IMG/VR virus record: IMGVR_UViG_3300020045_004900
Location: 1-30,178 of that record
Length of the DNA: 30,178 nucleotides
Direction: 5' to 3' (one strand)
From: a virus
Lineage: Duplodnaviria; Caudoviricetes
Shown here piece by piece: positions 1 through 8,900 of this stretch. The notes under the pieces were generated by a model. The model was not told where the DNA came from, made no database searches, and saw only the letters and a program-made list of their open reading frames with translations. Position numbers and translations under genes: made by a program. The stretch's first letter is position 1. Each line of letters opens with the position of its first letter.

Positions 1-123
1 GAAATAGAAGTTTATAAAGAAGCGTTAGAAAAACTTGCAAGACTTGGTAATGGTGATAACTATGGGAACAGCATTGGCAATGACATTGCTATTGAGGCAC
101 TAAGAAAGGCACAAGAGAAATAA
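1..123 (+). CDS. 3' end of a hypothetical phage protein (truncated by window)
   Basis: Frame 1 is open (EIEVYKEALEKLARLGNGDNYGNSIGNDIAIEALRKAQEK*). Its TAA overlaps the next ATG (TAATG). Confidence 0.7.
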   Translation, partial: EIEVYKEALEKLARLGNGDNYGNSIGNDIAIEALRKAQEK

Positions 124-449
124 TGGAATTTGACCCACACGACAGCATCAATTTTATTTACACTACTGCTCCTGAATACGCCAAAGCAAAAGGACAATTG
201 GCTCAGTTAGAAGCCTACAAATCAAGCCTTAAATCCATAATGATGAAAAAGTCTAACGAAAATTCAGTTACGGCACAAGAGCGTGAAGCCTATGCAAGCC
301 AAGAGTACCAAGACCTGTGCGTAGCCATTGGAACGGCAACGGAACAGGCAGAAGCATTAAAGTGGAAGATTACAGCCGCTACCATGCGTTTTGATGCGTG
401 GCGTACCGAACAAGCAAGTAACCGCAACCTAGAAAAGATGACACGATGA
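123..449 (+). CDS. Hypothetical phage protein, helical/coiled-coil (108 aa)
   Basis: ORF track. Translationally coupled on both sides (TAATG, ATGA). Confidence 0.8.
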   Translation: MEFDPHDSINFIYTTAPEYAKAKGQLAQLEAYKSSLKSIMMKKSNENSVTAQEREAYASQEYQDLCVAIGTATEQAEALKWKITAATMRFDAWRTEQASNRNLEKMTR

Positions 450-610
450 AATTAGCTGAAGAACTTTTAATCCTTAAAACACTTATCAAAATGTACGAAA
501 CAGCAATGGCAAAAGGTGATCCTGTCATTATGTTGCAGATTAGCGTTGATATTGCTGAATCCGCTGAAAAGCTGGAACAACATACCTGCGACCACGCAAA
601 TGGCCACTAA
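446..610 (+). CDS. Small hypothetical protein (54 aa, MKLAEELLILKTLIKMYET...)
   Basis: Not in ORF track; translated by hand. ATGA overlap with the upstream gene, and it fills the gap to the next gene. Confidence 0.7.
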   Translation: MKLAEELLILKTLIKMYETAMAKGDPVIMLQISVDIAESAEKLEQHTCDHANGH

Positions 611-881
611 GCATGAGAAAGAAATTTACAGGCGAACCGCTGAACTGGGATGCTCATTATGTAGGCATCAAGGCAATGAGGGAACGCCAGCAGAATTGCA
701 TCACATTAGAAGAACTGGTAAAAGAAGTAATGCCCCTGTTATCCCGTTATGCCCCTACCATCACCGAGGCTCAAATACCAGTATTCACGGCATGGGTCGA
801 AAACGCTTTGAAAGGGAGTATTCTGTCACGGAAGAAGAATTACTGGTACAAACCGAGGAACTCCTAAATGTTGGTGCTTAA
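600..881 (+). CDS. Ref-like / HNH-type Zn-binding nuclease (93 aa)
   Basis: CxxC...ELHH...IPLCPYHHR...IH motif. Start moved to ATG 600 (MATKHEK). Confidence 0.75.
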   Translation: MATKHEKEIYRRTAELGCSLCRHQGNEGTPAELHHIRRTGKRSNAPVIPLCPYHHRGSNTSIHGMGRKRFEREYSVTEEELLVQTEELLNVGA

Positions 882-1245
882 CCTGCCATTACCGCCATCG
901 GTAAACCATTACTGGGGTACACACGGCCACCGCAGGTATGTCAGTAAAGCTGGCGTACAGTTTAAAGAGCAGGTACAAGATTATGTGATTGAGTACAAAG
1001 TGCCAAAGCTGGGTGCGGCAAGAATTGAAATGCAAGTTACGCTATACCCTAAAGACAGACGCAAACAAGATATTGACAATAGAATCAAAGCATTATGGGA
1101 TGCACTAGCTGACGCTGGTGTATTTGACAATGACGAACAAATTGACATCTTGATGGTTCAGCGTGGTGAAATAAAAAAAGGCGGTGGATGCCTTGTAATG
1201 ATTGATATTCTTGATAAAATCGAGGAAAATGATCCCATAACTTAA
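868..1245 (+). CDS. rusA: RusA-family Holliday junction resolvase
   Basis: LPLPPSVNHYW start and the catalytic DIDNRIKALWDALADAGVFDNDEQI motif. Confidence 0.93.
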   Translation: MLVLNLPLPPSVNHYWGTHGHRRYVSKAGVQFKEQVQDYVIEYKVPKLGAARIEMQVTLYPKDRRKQDIDNRIKALWDALADAGVFDNDEQIDILMVQRGEIKKGGGCLVMIDILDKIEENDPIT

Positions 1246-1253
1246 GGATTTAT

Positions 1254-1610
1254 ATGGAAAATTGTGCTTTATTTGCCGCAACGATGCTTCATTCAGCTAC
1301 GAATACGCATTTTTTCCATTGGTCTACTGACAGTTATGCCAAACACCAAGCACTTGCTGAATACTATGACGAAATTGTTGAGTTAACCGACAGTTTTGTT
1401 GAATCCTACATGGGTAAATACAGCAAAATTACCAAATTCCCATCTGTATATCACCAGCCAAAAGACCCAATTCAGTATTTAAAGTCGCTACAAGGCTTTG
1501 TTGGTGATGCCCGTAAAGATTTGCCCCAAGATTCTGAATTGCAAAATATCATTGATGAGATTGCAGATTTAATCAATACTACAACCTACAAACTTATTAA
1601 CCTTAAGTAA
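1254..1610 (+). CDS. Ferritin/Dps-like four-helix protein (phage DUF5856-like)
   Basis: HFFHW...YAKHQALAEYYDEI...DSFVE pattern resembles the Dps ferroxidase-site helices. AAGGA RBS. Confidence 0.7.
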   Translation: MENCALFAATMLHSATNTHFFHWSTDSYAKHQALAEYYDEIVELTDSFVESYMGKYSKITKFPSVYHQPKDPIQYLKSLQGFVGDARKDLPQDSELQNIIDEIADLINTTTYKLINLK

Positions 1611-1619
1611 AGACACATC

Positions 1620-1814
1620 ATGCCATTAGATAAATCAGGTACAGAAGCATCGGTCGGCAAGAACATGAAGGCCGAAATGAAAGCTGGTAAGCCTAAAAAA
1701 CAGGCACTTGCTATTGCCCTTAATGTTGAGCGTGATAACGCCAAAGGTGACCGCAAAGCTACCCTTGAAGAAGCCTATGGCCGTTATTTGGGCAAACGGG
1801 ATGCTGAAGAATGA
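1620..1814 (+). CDS. Small basic phage protein (MPLDKSG...GKPKKQALAIAL family)
   Basis: ORF track. The motif type is often seen near phage packaging/head genes. Confidence 0.75.
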   Translation: MPLDKSGTEASVGKNMKAEMKAGKPKKQALAIALNVERDNAKGDRKATLEEAYGRYLGKRDAEE

Positions 1815-1960
1815 AACCAATGAGCCGCAAGTACAAGCCTGAAGATGCAATGCTACGCCCACACAAGCAATCTACGCTTGAAAAGCAACAAGCTGACCGC
1901 ATTGCCCGTAGAAAGATGATTGCCAATAAACTTAAAGACTTGGATAAAGAAGTCCTGTAA
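1811..1960 (+). CDS. Small basic hypothetical protein (49 aa, MKPMSRKYKPEDAMLRP...)
   Basis: Translated by hand. ATGA overlap upstream; its stop abuts the next start. Confidence 0.65.
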   Translation: MKPMSRKYKPEDAMLRPHKQSTLEKQQADRIARRKMIANKLKDLDKEVL

Positions 1961-2674
1961 TTGGAAATTAGCACCCTTTGGATTGAACGACTGTTAAAAA
2001 AACCATTTCACAAGCACAGCCTGTGGGGTGATAAGAAGTTCTACGATCCGCAACTACATCCAATCACGCAAGAACTGGAAAGCAACTTCCCAGCTATACA
2101 AGCTGAAATCAAGGAATTGCTCAAGCGGTACGATGAGTTTGCTAACTTTCAAAGCATCAGCCCCGATCAGACTTACATAAGTAACGATAACCGCTGGAGA
2201 ATGTTTTTTTTCAAAGCCGCAGGTGTGAACTTTGGCAAAAACAAGCAATACTGCCCAGTAGCCATGTCAATTGTTGATAAGCACAAAGATGTCATTTCAG
2301 CTTATATATCGGTACTTGGCCCACGCAAACTGCTAAACCCACACGAAGGCCCTTGGAGTGGAATTTTGCGGATGCACTTAGGGGTGGTAGTACCTGAACA
2401 CAAAATGTGCTCATTACACAATGGTGGTGAGGTGTACTTTTGGGAAGAAGGCAAGTGCGTTCTGTTTGACGATACTTACACCCACATGGCACTAAATGAC
2501 ACAGACAGCATAAGAGCCGTACTGTTCTTAGACATCATGCGACCACTACCCCAGCCTTGGAAATTCATTAACTGGGCAATACTCAGACTATCAATACTGT
2601 TCCCGTATATATGGATTCCTTACTTTCGTCACAAGAAATGGGAGAAGGCGTTTTACAAACAACAGGTTAGCTGA
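1961..2674 (+). CDS. Aspartyl/asparaginyl beta-hydroxylase family Fe(II)/2-oxoglutarate dioxygenase (AspH/LpxO-like)
   Basis: PHEGPWSGILRMHLG...WEEGKCVLFDDTYTH...RAVLFLDIMRP, plus a hydrophobic C-terminal stretch. TTG start is uncertain. Confidence 0.9.
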   Translation: MEISTLWIERLLKKPFHKHSLWGDKKFYDPQLHPITQELESNFPAIQAEIKELLKRYDEFANFQSISPDQTYISNDNRWRMFFFKAAGVNFGKNKQYCPVAMSIVDKHKDVISAYISVLGPRKLLNPHEGPWSGILRMHLGVVVPEHKMCSLHNGGEVYFWEEGKCVLFDDTYTHMALNDTDSIRAVLFLDIMRPLPQPWKFINWAILRLSILFPYIWIPYFRHKKWEKAFYKQQVS

Positions 2675-2691
2675 TAAACTTAATGTATCTT

Positions 2692-2704
2692 AATCAACCA
2701 CTTG
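2692..2704 (+). promoter_or_regulatory. IHF consensus site upstream of the ParB-MTase/terminase genes
   Basis: AATCAAccacTTG matches WATCAANNNNTTR exactly and lies in a short intergenic gap. Confidence 0.4.
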
Positions 2705-2711
2705 GTTAAAT

Positions 2712-3827
2712 ATGAAAATTCAAGAAGTTGCTGTAGATAAGCTAATACCTTATGCAAAAAACAGCAGAACGCATAGCCCTGAACAGGTGGCTCAAATTGC
2801 CGCAAGCATTAAAGAATTTGGCTTTCGCAACCCAATCCTTGTTGACGGGGTAGGCATTATTGCTGGGCATGGCAGATTAATGGCTGCTCAAAAGTTAGGT
2901 TTAGACCAAGTACCCACTATTGATTGCTCTGATATGACTGAAAGCCAAAAGAAGGCTTACATCATTGCTGATAATCGTTTGGCATTAAACGCAGGGTGGG
3001 ATGTTGCAATGCTAAATATTGAATTGCAAGAACTTGAAGATGAAGGCTTTGACATATCAATTACAGGCTTTGATACAACAGAATTAGACGCATTGTTAAA
3101 TCCAACTGTAGAAACAGAGGGTTTAACCGATGAAGATGCTGTGCCTGATGTGCCAGCAGAGCCAAAAACTAAGGTTGGTGACATATATATCCTTGGAAAT
3201 CATAGGCTTATGTGCGGTGACAGCACAATGTTGCATGATGTTGAAAAGCTAATGGTTGGTACATATCCTGATTTGATCCATACAGACCCACCATACGGCA
3301 TGAACGCTGTAAGTAAATCATCGGTATTAAAGGCAAACTATGGCACAGACATTATGGGTGACGATAACCCTGATGTGGCTAAAGACGCATTTAACCTAAT
3401 TTATGGCTTATATCCTGATGCCAAACAAATATGGTGGGGTGCAAACTATTACTGTTCCGTATTGCCTGACAGCGAATGTTGGCTTGTTTGGGATAAAAAC
3501 AATGGGCAATCAGACCAAACCGATTGTGAGTTGGCATGGGCTAACTTTAGAAGCGTTGTGCGTCAATTTACCCAAGCATCAGAAAAGACCAATAGAGTAC
3601 ACCCAACACAAAAGCCTGTTTCTTTGATGGAATGGATTATTAAACGATTTAATTTATCTTCCAAGACCATTGCTGACTTCTTTGGAGGTTCGGGATCAAC
3701 CCTTATTGCGGCTGAAAAGAATGGATTGCAAGCGTTTATTATGGAATTTGACCCAAAATTCTGTGATGTAATCGTTCAGCGTTGGGAAGAATTTACTGGC
3801 AAAAAAGCTGTTTTATCGGAGTTATAA
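2712..3827 (+). CDS. ParB/Srx N-terminal domain fused to a beta-class N6-adenine/N4-cytosine DNA methyltransferase
   Basis: N-terminal LIPYAKNSRTH...IIAGHGRL...IADNRLA. C-terminal HRLMCGDS, TDPPYG (motif IV), HPTQKP, DFFGGSGSTL (motif I). Confidence 0.93.
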   Translation: MKIQEVAVDKLIPYAKNSRTHSPEQVAQIAASIKEFGFRNPILVDGVGIIAGHGRLMAAQKLGLDQVPTIDCSDMTESQKKAYIIADNRLALNAGWDVAMLNIELQELEDEGFDISITGFDTTELDALLNPTVETEGLTDEDAVPDVPAEPKTKVGDIYILGNHRLMCGDSTMLHDVEKLMVGTYPDLIHTDPPYGMNAVSKSSVLKANYGTDIMGDDNPDVAKDAFNLIYGLYPDAKQIWWGANYYCSVLPDSECWLVWDKNNGQSDQTDCELAWANFRSVVRQFTQASEKTNRVHPTQKPVSLMEWIIKRFNLSSKTIADFFGGSGSTLIAAEKNGLQAFIMEFDPKFCDVIVQRWEEFTGKKAVLSEL

Positions 3828-3829
3828 AA

Positions 3830-4195
3830 ATGGCAGAAAAAGGCAGACCTCCACACAAACCCACAAAAGAGAGCCAAGAACAGGTTAAACGCCTGTCAGC
3901 GTTAGGTTGCCCCCATGAGGACATTGCCACACGCCTAAAGATTAGTGCTGATACGCTGGTCAAGTATTACAAAGATGAACTTGACGAAGGGCGTATTGAT
4001 GCCAATGCCGCTATTGCTGGTACTTTGTTTAGCCAGGCCAAAAAAGGTAATACTGCGGCCGCAATTTTTTGGTTAAAAACAAGAGCTGGATGGCGGGAGG
4101 TGCAGAGAGTTGAGCACGGAGTTGAGGACACATTGCGGGCATTGTTGAGAGACATTGCTGACAAAAATACGGGGCTTCCGCATGATAACCCCTGA
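3830..4195 (+). CDS. terS: Terminase small subunit
   Basis: GRPPHKPT start, HTH region, AAIFWLKTRAGW motif; directly before TerL. Start moved to ATG 3830. Confidence 0.8.
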   Translation: MAEKGRPPHKPTKESQEQVKRLSALGCPHEDIATRLKISADTLVKYYKDELDEGRIDANAAIAGTLFSQAKKGNTAAAIFWLKTRAGWREVQRVEHGVEDTLRALLRDIADKNTGLPHDNP

Positions 4196-5678
4196 ATGCC
4201 TGGCAGATCCGTTGTGGCGCTTAAATAATCTCTATTACATTAAAGACAAGGCTGGCAATAGAACGCTGTTTAAGCTCAACTGGGCACAATCAGCCCTGTA
4301 CTTCGGCATGTGGTATCTGAACATAATTCTCAAGGCGCGACAGCTTGGGATAACAACATTTATTCAAATTTTTATGTTGGATCGTTGCTTGTTTAACACC
4401 AATATCAATGCTGGTGTAATAGCGCACAATAGGGAGGATGCGCAAAAGTTTTTTAAGGATAAAATTAAATTCGCTTATGATAATTTGCCGGAATTGTTGC
4501 AACGCGCCATATCAGCAACCAACGATTCAGCGGGCGAGCTGTCATTTTCAAATGGGTCTAGTATTCGCGTTGGCACATCGTTGCGCTCTGGAACATATCA
4601 ATATTTACACATTTCAGAACTTGGTAAATTGTGTGCAAAATTTCCAGATAGGGCGCAGGAGGTTGTTACCGGGGCGCTCAATACAGTGACATCCGGGCAA
4701 TTCATTTTCATCGAGAGTACGGCAGAGGGCGCATATGGCCACTTCTTTGACCTCTGCAAAATCGCTGAGGAAAACCAGCTTTCTGGTACAGAGCTGACAA
4801 AAATGGATTATAAATTCTGGTTTTTCCCTTGGTGGAAGCACACGGATTATTTCTTGGACGCTAATGTGTTGGCCACCCCAGCACAGGACAAATATTTTTT
4901 AGACCTGGCGCACAAGGGTATTACTCTGAGCGATGGACAAAAGGCCTGGTACATAAAAAAAGAAAACGAGCAGCGCACAAAAATGAAACAGGAATACCCA
5001 TCAACGTCACTAGAGGCGTTTGAGCAGGTGTCAGAATATGCAGTGTATGGCGAGCAAATCGGCCAGGTTATTGCTGAGAATCACTTGTGTGAACTGCCTG
5101 TAAACCCTAATAGGCAGGTTGATTTGTTTTTCGATCTTGGTAAGAGCACAAAGACCGAGACAACCTGTGTCTGGTTTATGCAACACAATGATCCGTGGCA
5201 CGATTTCATTGACTACTATCAGGCGTCTCTGCAAGTTGTCGGCGCTTATGTGCGCGATATTGAGACAATCGCAAAAGAGAGAAAATTTTCTCTCGGCAGG
5301 TGGTTTTTACCCCACGAAGGAGATAGTCATAAAGATTACGATATAGAGACGTTTAAGACTCGGCTGATAAAAGCAGGAGTTGAAGAGGGGAAAATAGTTA
5401 TCGTGCCTATGGTGTCTGATTTGCGCATTGGTATTGACATGCTAAAAGAAAAATTTCCCAGTTGCCGCTTTGACAAAGAGCGCACCCAAAAAGGCTGGTT
5501 GGCAGTGTGTTCTTATCGTTACGAATGGGACGAAAAGCGCTCGATGATGGGAGCGCCAATACACAATTGGGCATCACACCCCAGCGATGCGCTGAGACAG
5601 TTTGGTCAGGGCTATTATCCGGTGGTTTCTGTTGGCTGGAAACCGTTAAAACACACCGATAGAATCGGGGTTGTGTAG
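4182..5678 (+). CDS. terL: Terminase large subunit
   Basis: Walker A ILKARQLGITT, Walker B YLHISE, coupling motif IESTAEG, nuclease FDLG and HPSDALR. ATG 4182 preferred. Confidence 0.95.
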   Translation: MITPECLADPLWRLNNLYYIKDKAGNRTLFKLNWAQSALYFGMWYLNIILKARQLGITTFIQIFMLDRCLFNTNINAGVIAHNREDAQKFFKDKIKFAYDNLPELLQRAISATNDSAGELSFSNGSSIRVGTSLRSGTYQYLHISELGKLCAKFPDRAQEVVTGALNTVTSGQFIFIESTAEGAYGHFFDLCKIAEENQLSGTELTKMDYKFWFFPWWKHTDYFLDANVLATPAQDKYFLDLAHKGITLSDGQKAWYIKKENEQRTKMKQEYPSTSLEAFEQVSEYAVYGEQIGQVIAENHLCELPVNPNRQVDLFFDLGKSTKTETTCVWFMQHNDPWHDFIDYYQASLQVVGAYVRDIETIAKERKFSLGRWFLPHEGDSHKDYDIETFKTRLIKAGVEEGKIVIVPMVSDLRIGIDMLKEKFPSCRFDKERTQKGWLAVCSYRYEWDEKRSMMGAPIHNWASHPSDALRQFGQGYYPVVSVGWKPLKHTDRIGVV

Positions 5679-7738
5679 TGAAATCAGAAGCAGAGCGGTT
5701 AACTCTTTTAAAAAACCTGTTGGGCGACACAACCAAATATGCCAACAACAAATTTGAATCTAACAACAATGCGTTACTGGATTCCTACAATCAACAGCCA
5801 TACGGAACCGAGGAGGAGGGGCGTAGTCAGGTGGTTTCGTCAGACCACTACGACATGGTGGAAAGCGATATGCCATCGTTGGCAAGAATATTTCTAGGAG
5901 CCAACAAGGTATTGGAGTTTAAGGCGTTTGGGGCACATGATGCGGAAGAGGCCAGGCAAAAAACAGAATACGCTGACTACTTAATTCGTCAGCAGAGAAA
6001 TTCGTTCAAAATTTTATGCGATTTTATAAAAGAGCCTGGATTTGCCAAATGCTCTGCGATTAAGTTTTTTTGCGAGGAAAAAGAGCAATCAGAGTATGTT
6101 TATTATAAAGGCTTATCAGAAGACGAAACTACGCTGGTGTTATCGGATTTAGAGGCCGGTGACAACGTCTCTCAGGTCGCCATAGACTCGAAGTCAGAAC
6201 AAGGAGCTGGCATTTATGATATTAAATTTCGTGTAACCAGAGCGGTTAAGCGGATTGCTCTGGTAGGTGTGCCCGCTAATTCGTTGATTATCACCAGGGG
6301 CGCGACAGATAAAGAGCTTGCCCCGTTGGTCGGTGATGAATGTATCAAGCGCAAATATGAATTAATTCAGGATGGGTTTGATGCGGCGCTTGTGCGGTCG
6401 CTTATGCCAACCCAATCAGGACACAGAGATTTATCCAGGAGGTTTGCAGAGCAAGGCGGGTGGGACAGCAAGTCAGGGTATCACTGGCACTTTGATGAGG
6501 TGGTTGTTCAAAATCTCTACGCGCTGATGGACAGTGACGAAGATGGCATTCCCGAACGCCGGTACATCATGAAATGCGGCGAAAAGATCATTAAAGATGA
6601 GCCTTATGGTATTGTGCCATATGCTATTTGTTCCCAAGTACCCATACCGCATGCGTTGATCGGAAAGTCCAGGGGCGAACAGGCTGCTAGATATCAAAAA
6701 GAAAAGACCGCACTCAAGCGCGGCATTCTGGACAACATCTATTCGGTAAATCGCACCGGCTTTGCTGTTGATGGTAGTAGCGGGAGAATGGGCGGGTCGG
6801 CAGTGGATATTGACGAGCTGCTTACCGAACGTATCAAACGAGTTGTGCGCACAGACGGCAATCCTTACGAAAAGATTATGCCCCTGACAATGGATTATAT
6901 CGGCGATCGAGCTTTGCAGGTTGTGCAATATGTCGATCAAGAGAAAGCTGGTTCGCTTGGTGCGCAGTTGAACAATCAGGGCTTGGCATCTGATAAATTT
7001 TACAAAGAAACTGCAACGCGCTTTGAGGGGGTTGCAGAGGCTGGGCAGGCAAAGATAGAACTGGTTGCGAGGGTATACGCAGAAACCGGATGGCGGGACT
7101 TATATGAGGGAGTGATATGGACGGCTCAGCACTATCAAGACAGCGAAACCGAAATCATGGTATTGGGCAAGCCGCTTATTGTCGATCCCAGGAAGTGGAA
7201 ATATGAACATTACGCTCAATCTTGTGTTGGGTTGGGGAGCGGTGATTCTGCGGATGCTATTGAAAGCTTGAGCTCTATGTTTCAAACGCAGATGCACTTG
7301 AAGCAAGTCGGCAGTACGCTTGTTGATGACGCTAAGATATATACGACTATGAGCGACATTATTAGAGCGTTAGGTAAGCCCGATGTATCGCGTTACTTCA
7401 ACGACCCAGCTATACCGGAAGCCATGCTTATGCCGATGCTAGAACAAATGGCCGCCAAGGTGGAGGCCCTGCAGCAGCAAGCCCAACAAAACCCGCTGGC
7501 AGAAGCCGAGCTTGTTAGAGCACAAGCACGGATGGTAGAGGTTCAGGGCAAAGAGACAAATTCCATGCGGCAATTTATGTTAAAAATGGCGCAACAAGAC
7601 GAGCAATTTAGAGCAAAAATGAGTCTTGAACTTGCAAAGCTTGAAAAAAGCGGCGATGAATTTATCAAATCTCTAGCGCGGGATCTAACGGATCTGGAGT
7701 TAGAGTACAAAAAGAACGTGCCGGGGTCGTATGTATGA
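5678..7738 (+). CDS. Portal protein (P22-like podovirus type, long C-terminal helical barrel)
   Basis: 686 aa after terL. EEEGRSQVVSSD...AEEARQKTEYADY motifs and a Gln-rich coiled C-terminus. Confidence 0.88.
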   Translation: MKSEAERLTLLKNLLGDTTKYANNKFESNNNALLDSYNQQPYGTEEEGRSQVVSSDHYDMVESDMPSLARIFLGANKVLEFKAFGAHDAEEARQKTEYADYLIRQQRNSFKILCDFIKEPGFAKCSAIKFFCEEKEQSEYVYYKGLSEDETTLVLSDLEAGDNVSQVAIDSKSEQGAGIYDIKFRVTRAVKRIALVGVPANSLIITRGATDKELAPLVGDECIKRKYELIQDGFDAALVRSLMPTQSGHRDLSRRFAEQGGWDSKSGYHWHFDEVVVQNLYALMDSDEDGIPERRYIMKCGEKIIKDEPYGIVPYAICSQVPIPHALIGKSRGEQAARYQKEKTALKRGILDNIYSVNRTGFAVDGSSGRMGGSAVDIDELLTERIKRVVRTDGNPYEKIMPLTMDYIGDRALQVVQYVDQEKAGSLGAQLNNQGLASDKFYKETATRFEGVAEAGQAKIELVARVYAETGWRDLYEGVIWTAQHYQDSETEIMVLGKPLIVDPRKWKYEHYAQSCVGLGSGDSADAIESLSSMFQTQMHLKQVGSTLVDDAKIYTTMSDIIRALGKPDVSRYFNDPAIPEAMLMPMLEQMAAKVEALQQQAQQNPLAEAELVRAQARMVEVQGKETNSMRQFMLKMAQQDEQFRAKMSLELAKLEKSGDEFIKSLARDLTDLELEYKKNVPGSYV

Positions 7739-8022
7739 CAGAGGAAGAGCGGCTAAAGCAGGCCATCGCAGAGGGGAAAGACGCAGACCAATGGCTTAAT
7801 CACCCAGCATTCAAACATGTGCTTACCCTTCTGCGGGCGGAGTATTTTATTCTGTTTGAAAAAACCAAGTTCGACCAAAAGGAAATCCGTGATGAAATTT
7901 GGCGTAAAATGCAGGCATTAACCGCAATTGTGAACGACATGGAGCGAATCATTAATGACGGCACGCGAGCGGAGGTCTCTTTAGGTGAAAGAATTAAAAA
8001 CAAAATTAGGACCATAATGTAA
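7735..8022 (+). CDS. Small conserved head-module protein between portal and scaffold
   Basis: ORF track, ATGA overlap, syntenic position. Confidence 0.75.
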   Translation: MTEEERLKQAIAEGKDADQWLNHPAFKHVLTLLRAEYFILFEKTKFDQKEIRDEIWRKMQALTAIVNDMERIINDGTRAEVSLGERIKNKIRTIM

Positions 8023-8052
8023 CGTAATCGGAACAACCCAAGAGGATTCCAA

Positions 8053-8886
8053 ATGCACGCGGTACAAAATGAACAACAAAGCGCAGACTCGAACTCTGAT
8101 GAAACCATTGGAGCAATTGGAGCAATCGAAGCTGCCGAACAGGAGCCGGTAAAAACGGCAGATATGGATATCAGCCAAGCTGATGCAGATGAGGAGACCG
8201 CAGCCGGACTTGAAGAAGTTGCCTATGAAATAGGCGACATCCAAGCAACCGCGACTGAGATTAAATCATGGCAAGAGGCATATGAAACAAAGCAATCGAA
8301 GGATAAAGACTACACCCAGAAAACCCAAAAACTTGCAGAAGACCGCAAAGCAGCAGAAGGACTTCGTGAAAAACTGGAGCAAGAACAAGAGTTCTTCAGT
8401 TCTATCGGTGAGGAAATAGATGAGCTGTTGTTAGGCGACCTTAAAGATGTGGATCTTGCGGAACTGATCGAGCGCGATCCGGCGCAGTACGAACGTACCA
8501 AGCAGAAGATCGAGCACCGCAAACAGTGGAAGCAGGCATATCAAGCAAAACTGGAAGCCAGGTTAAACACGGTTGTAGCAGAAGCACAGCAAGTGTTGTT
8601 CGCAGATTTGGGCTGGGTTGGAAATAATGAAAAATACCAGGCGGATACAAAGTCAATTTTAAAATATGTTGCCGAATCAAAGATCAGCAATAAGTCATTT
8701 GCCAAGATCAATGATCCTAAAATTATGGCAGCATTATTAGATGCGGCGAAGTACCGCGAATTACAGGCTAAGAAACCCACAACGACCAAGCTTATTAAAA
8801 AGGCTCCGACTATTGCCAAGCCAAGCACGGCAGTAAGTCAGGCCCCCAAAAGTCTGGCGGAGCGGATGTTTCCCAACATGAAATAA
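8053..8886 (+). CDS. Capsid scaffolding protein
   Basis: Acidic disordered N-terminus, DYTQKTQKLAEDRK motif, basic C-terminal tail; directly before the capsid gene. Confidence 0.85.
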   Translation: MHAVQNEQQSADSNSDETIGAIGAIEAAEQEPVKTADMDISQADADEETAAGLEEVAYEIGDIQATATEIKSWQEAYETKQSKDKDYTQKTQKLAEDRKAAEGLREKLEQEQEFFSSIGEEIDELLLGDLKDVDLAELIERDPAQYERTKQKIEHRKQWKQAYQAKLEARLNTVVAEAQQVLFADLGWVGNNEKYQADTKSILKYVAESKISNKSFAKINDPKIMAALLDAAKYRELQAKKPTTTKLIKKAPTIAKPSTAVSQAPKSLAERMFPNMK

Positions 8887-8900
8887 AATGAGGTGTCACA

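Noticed and set aside
2712-3827. Restriction-modification system or plasmid partition system
   Set aside because: No cognate endonuclease or ParA. ParB-MTase fusions beside terminases are a known phage arrangement.
8030-8050. Autoregulatory hairpin over the scaffold RBS
   Set aside because: Only a 4-bp outer stem (GGAA/TTCC), too weak to support without covariation data.
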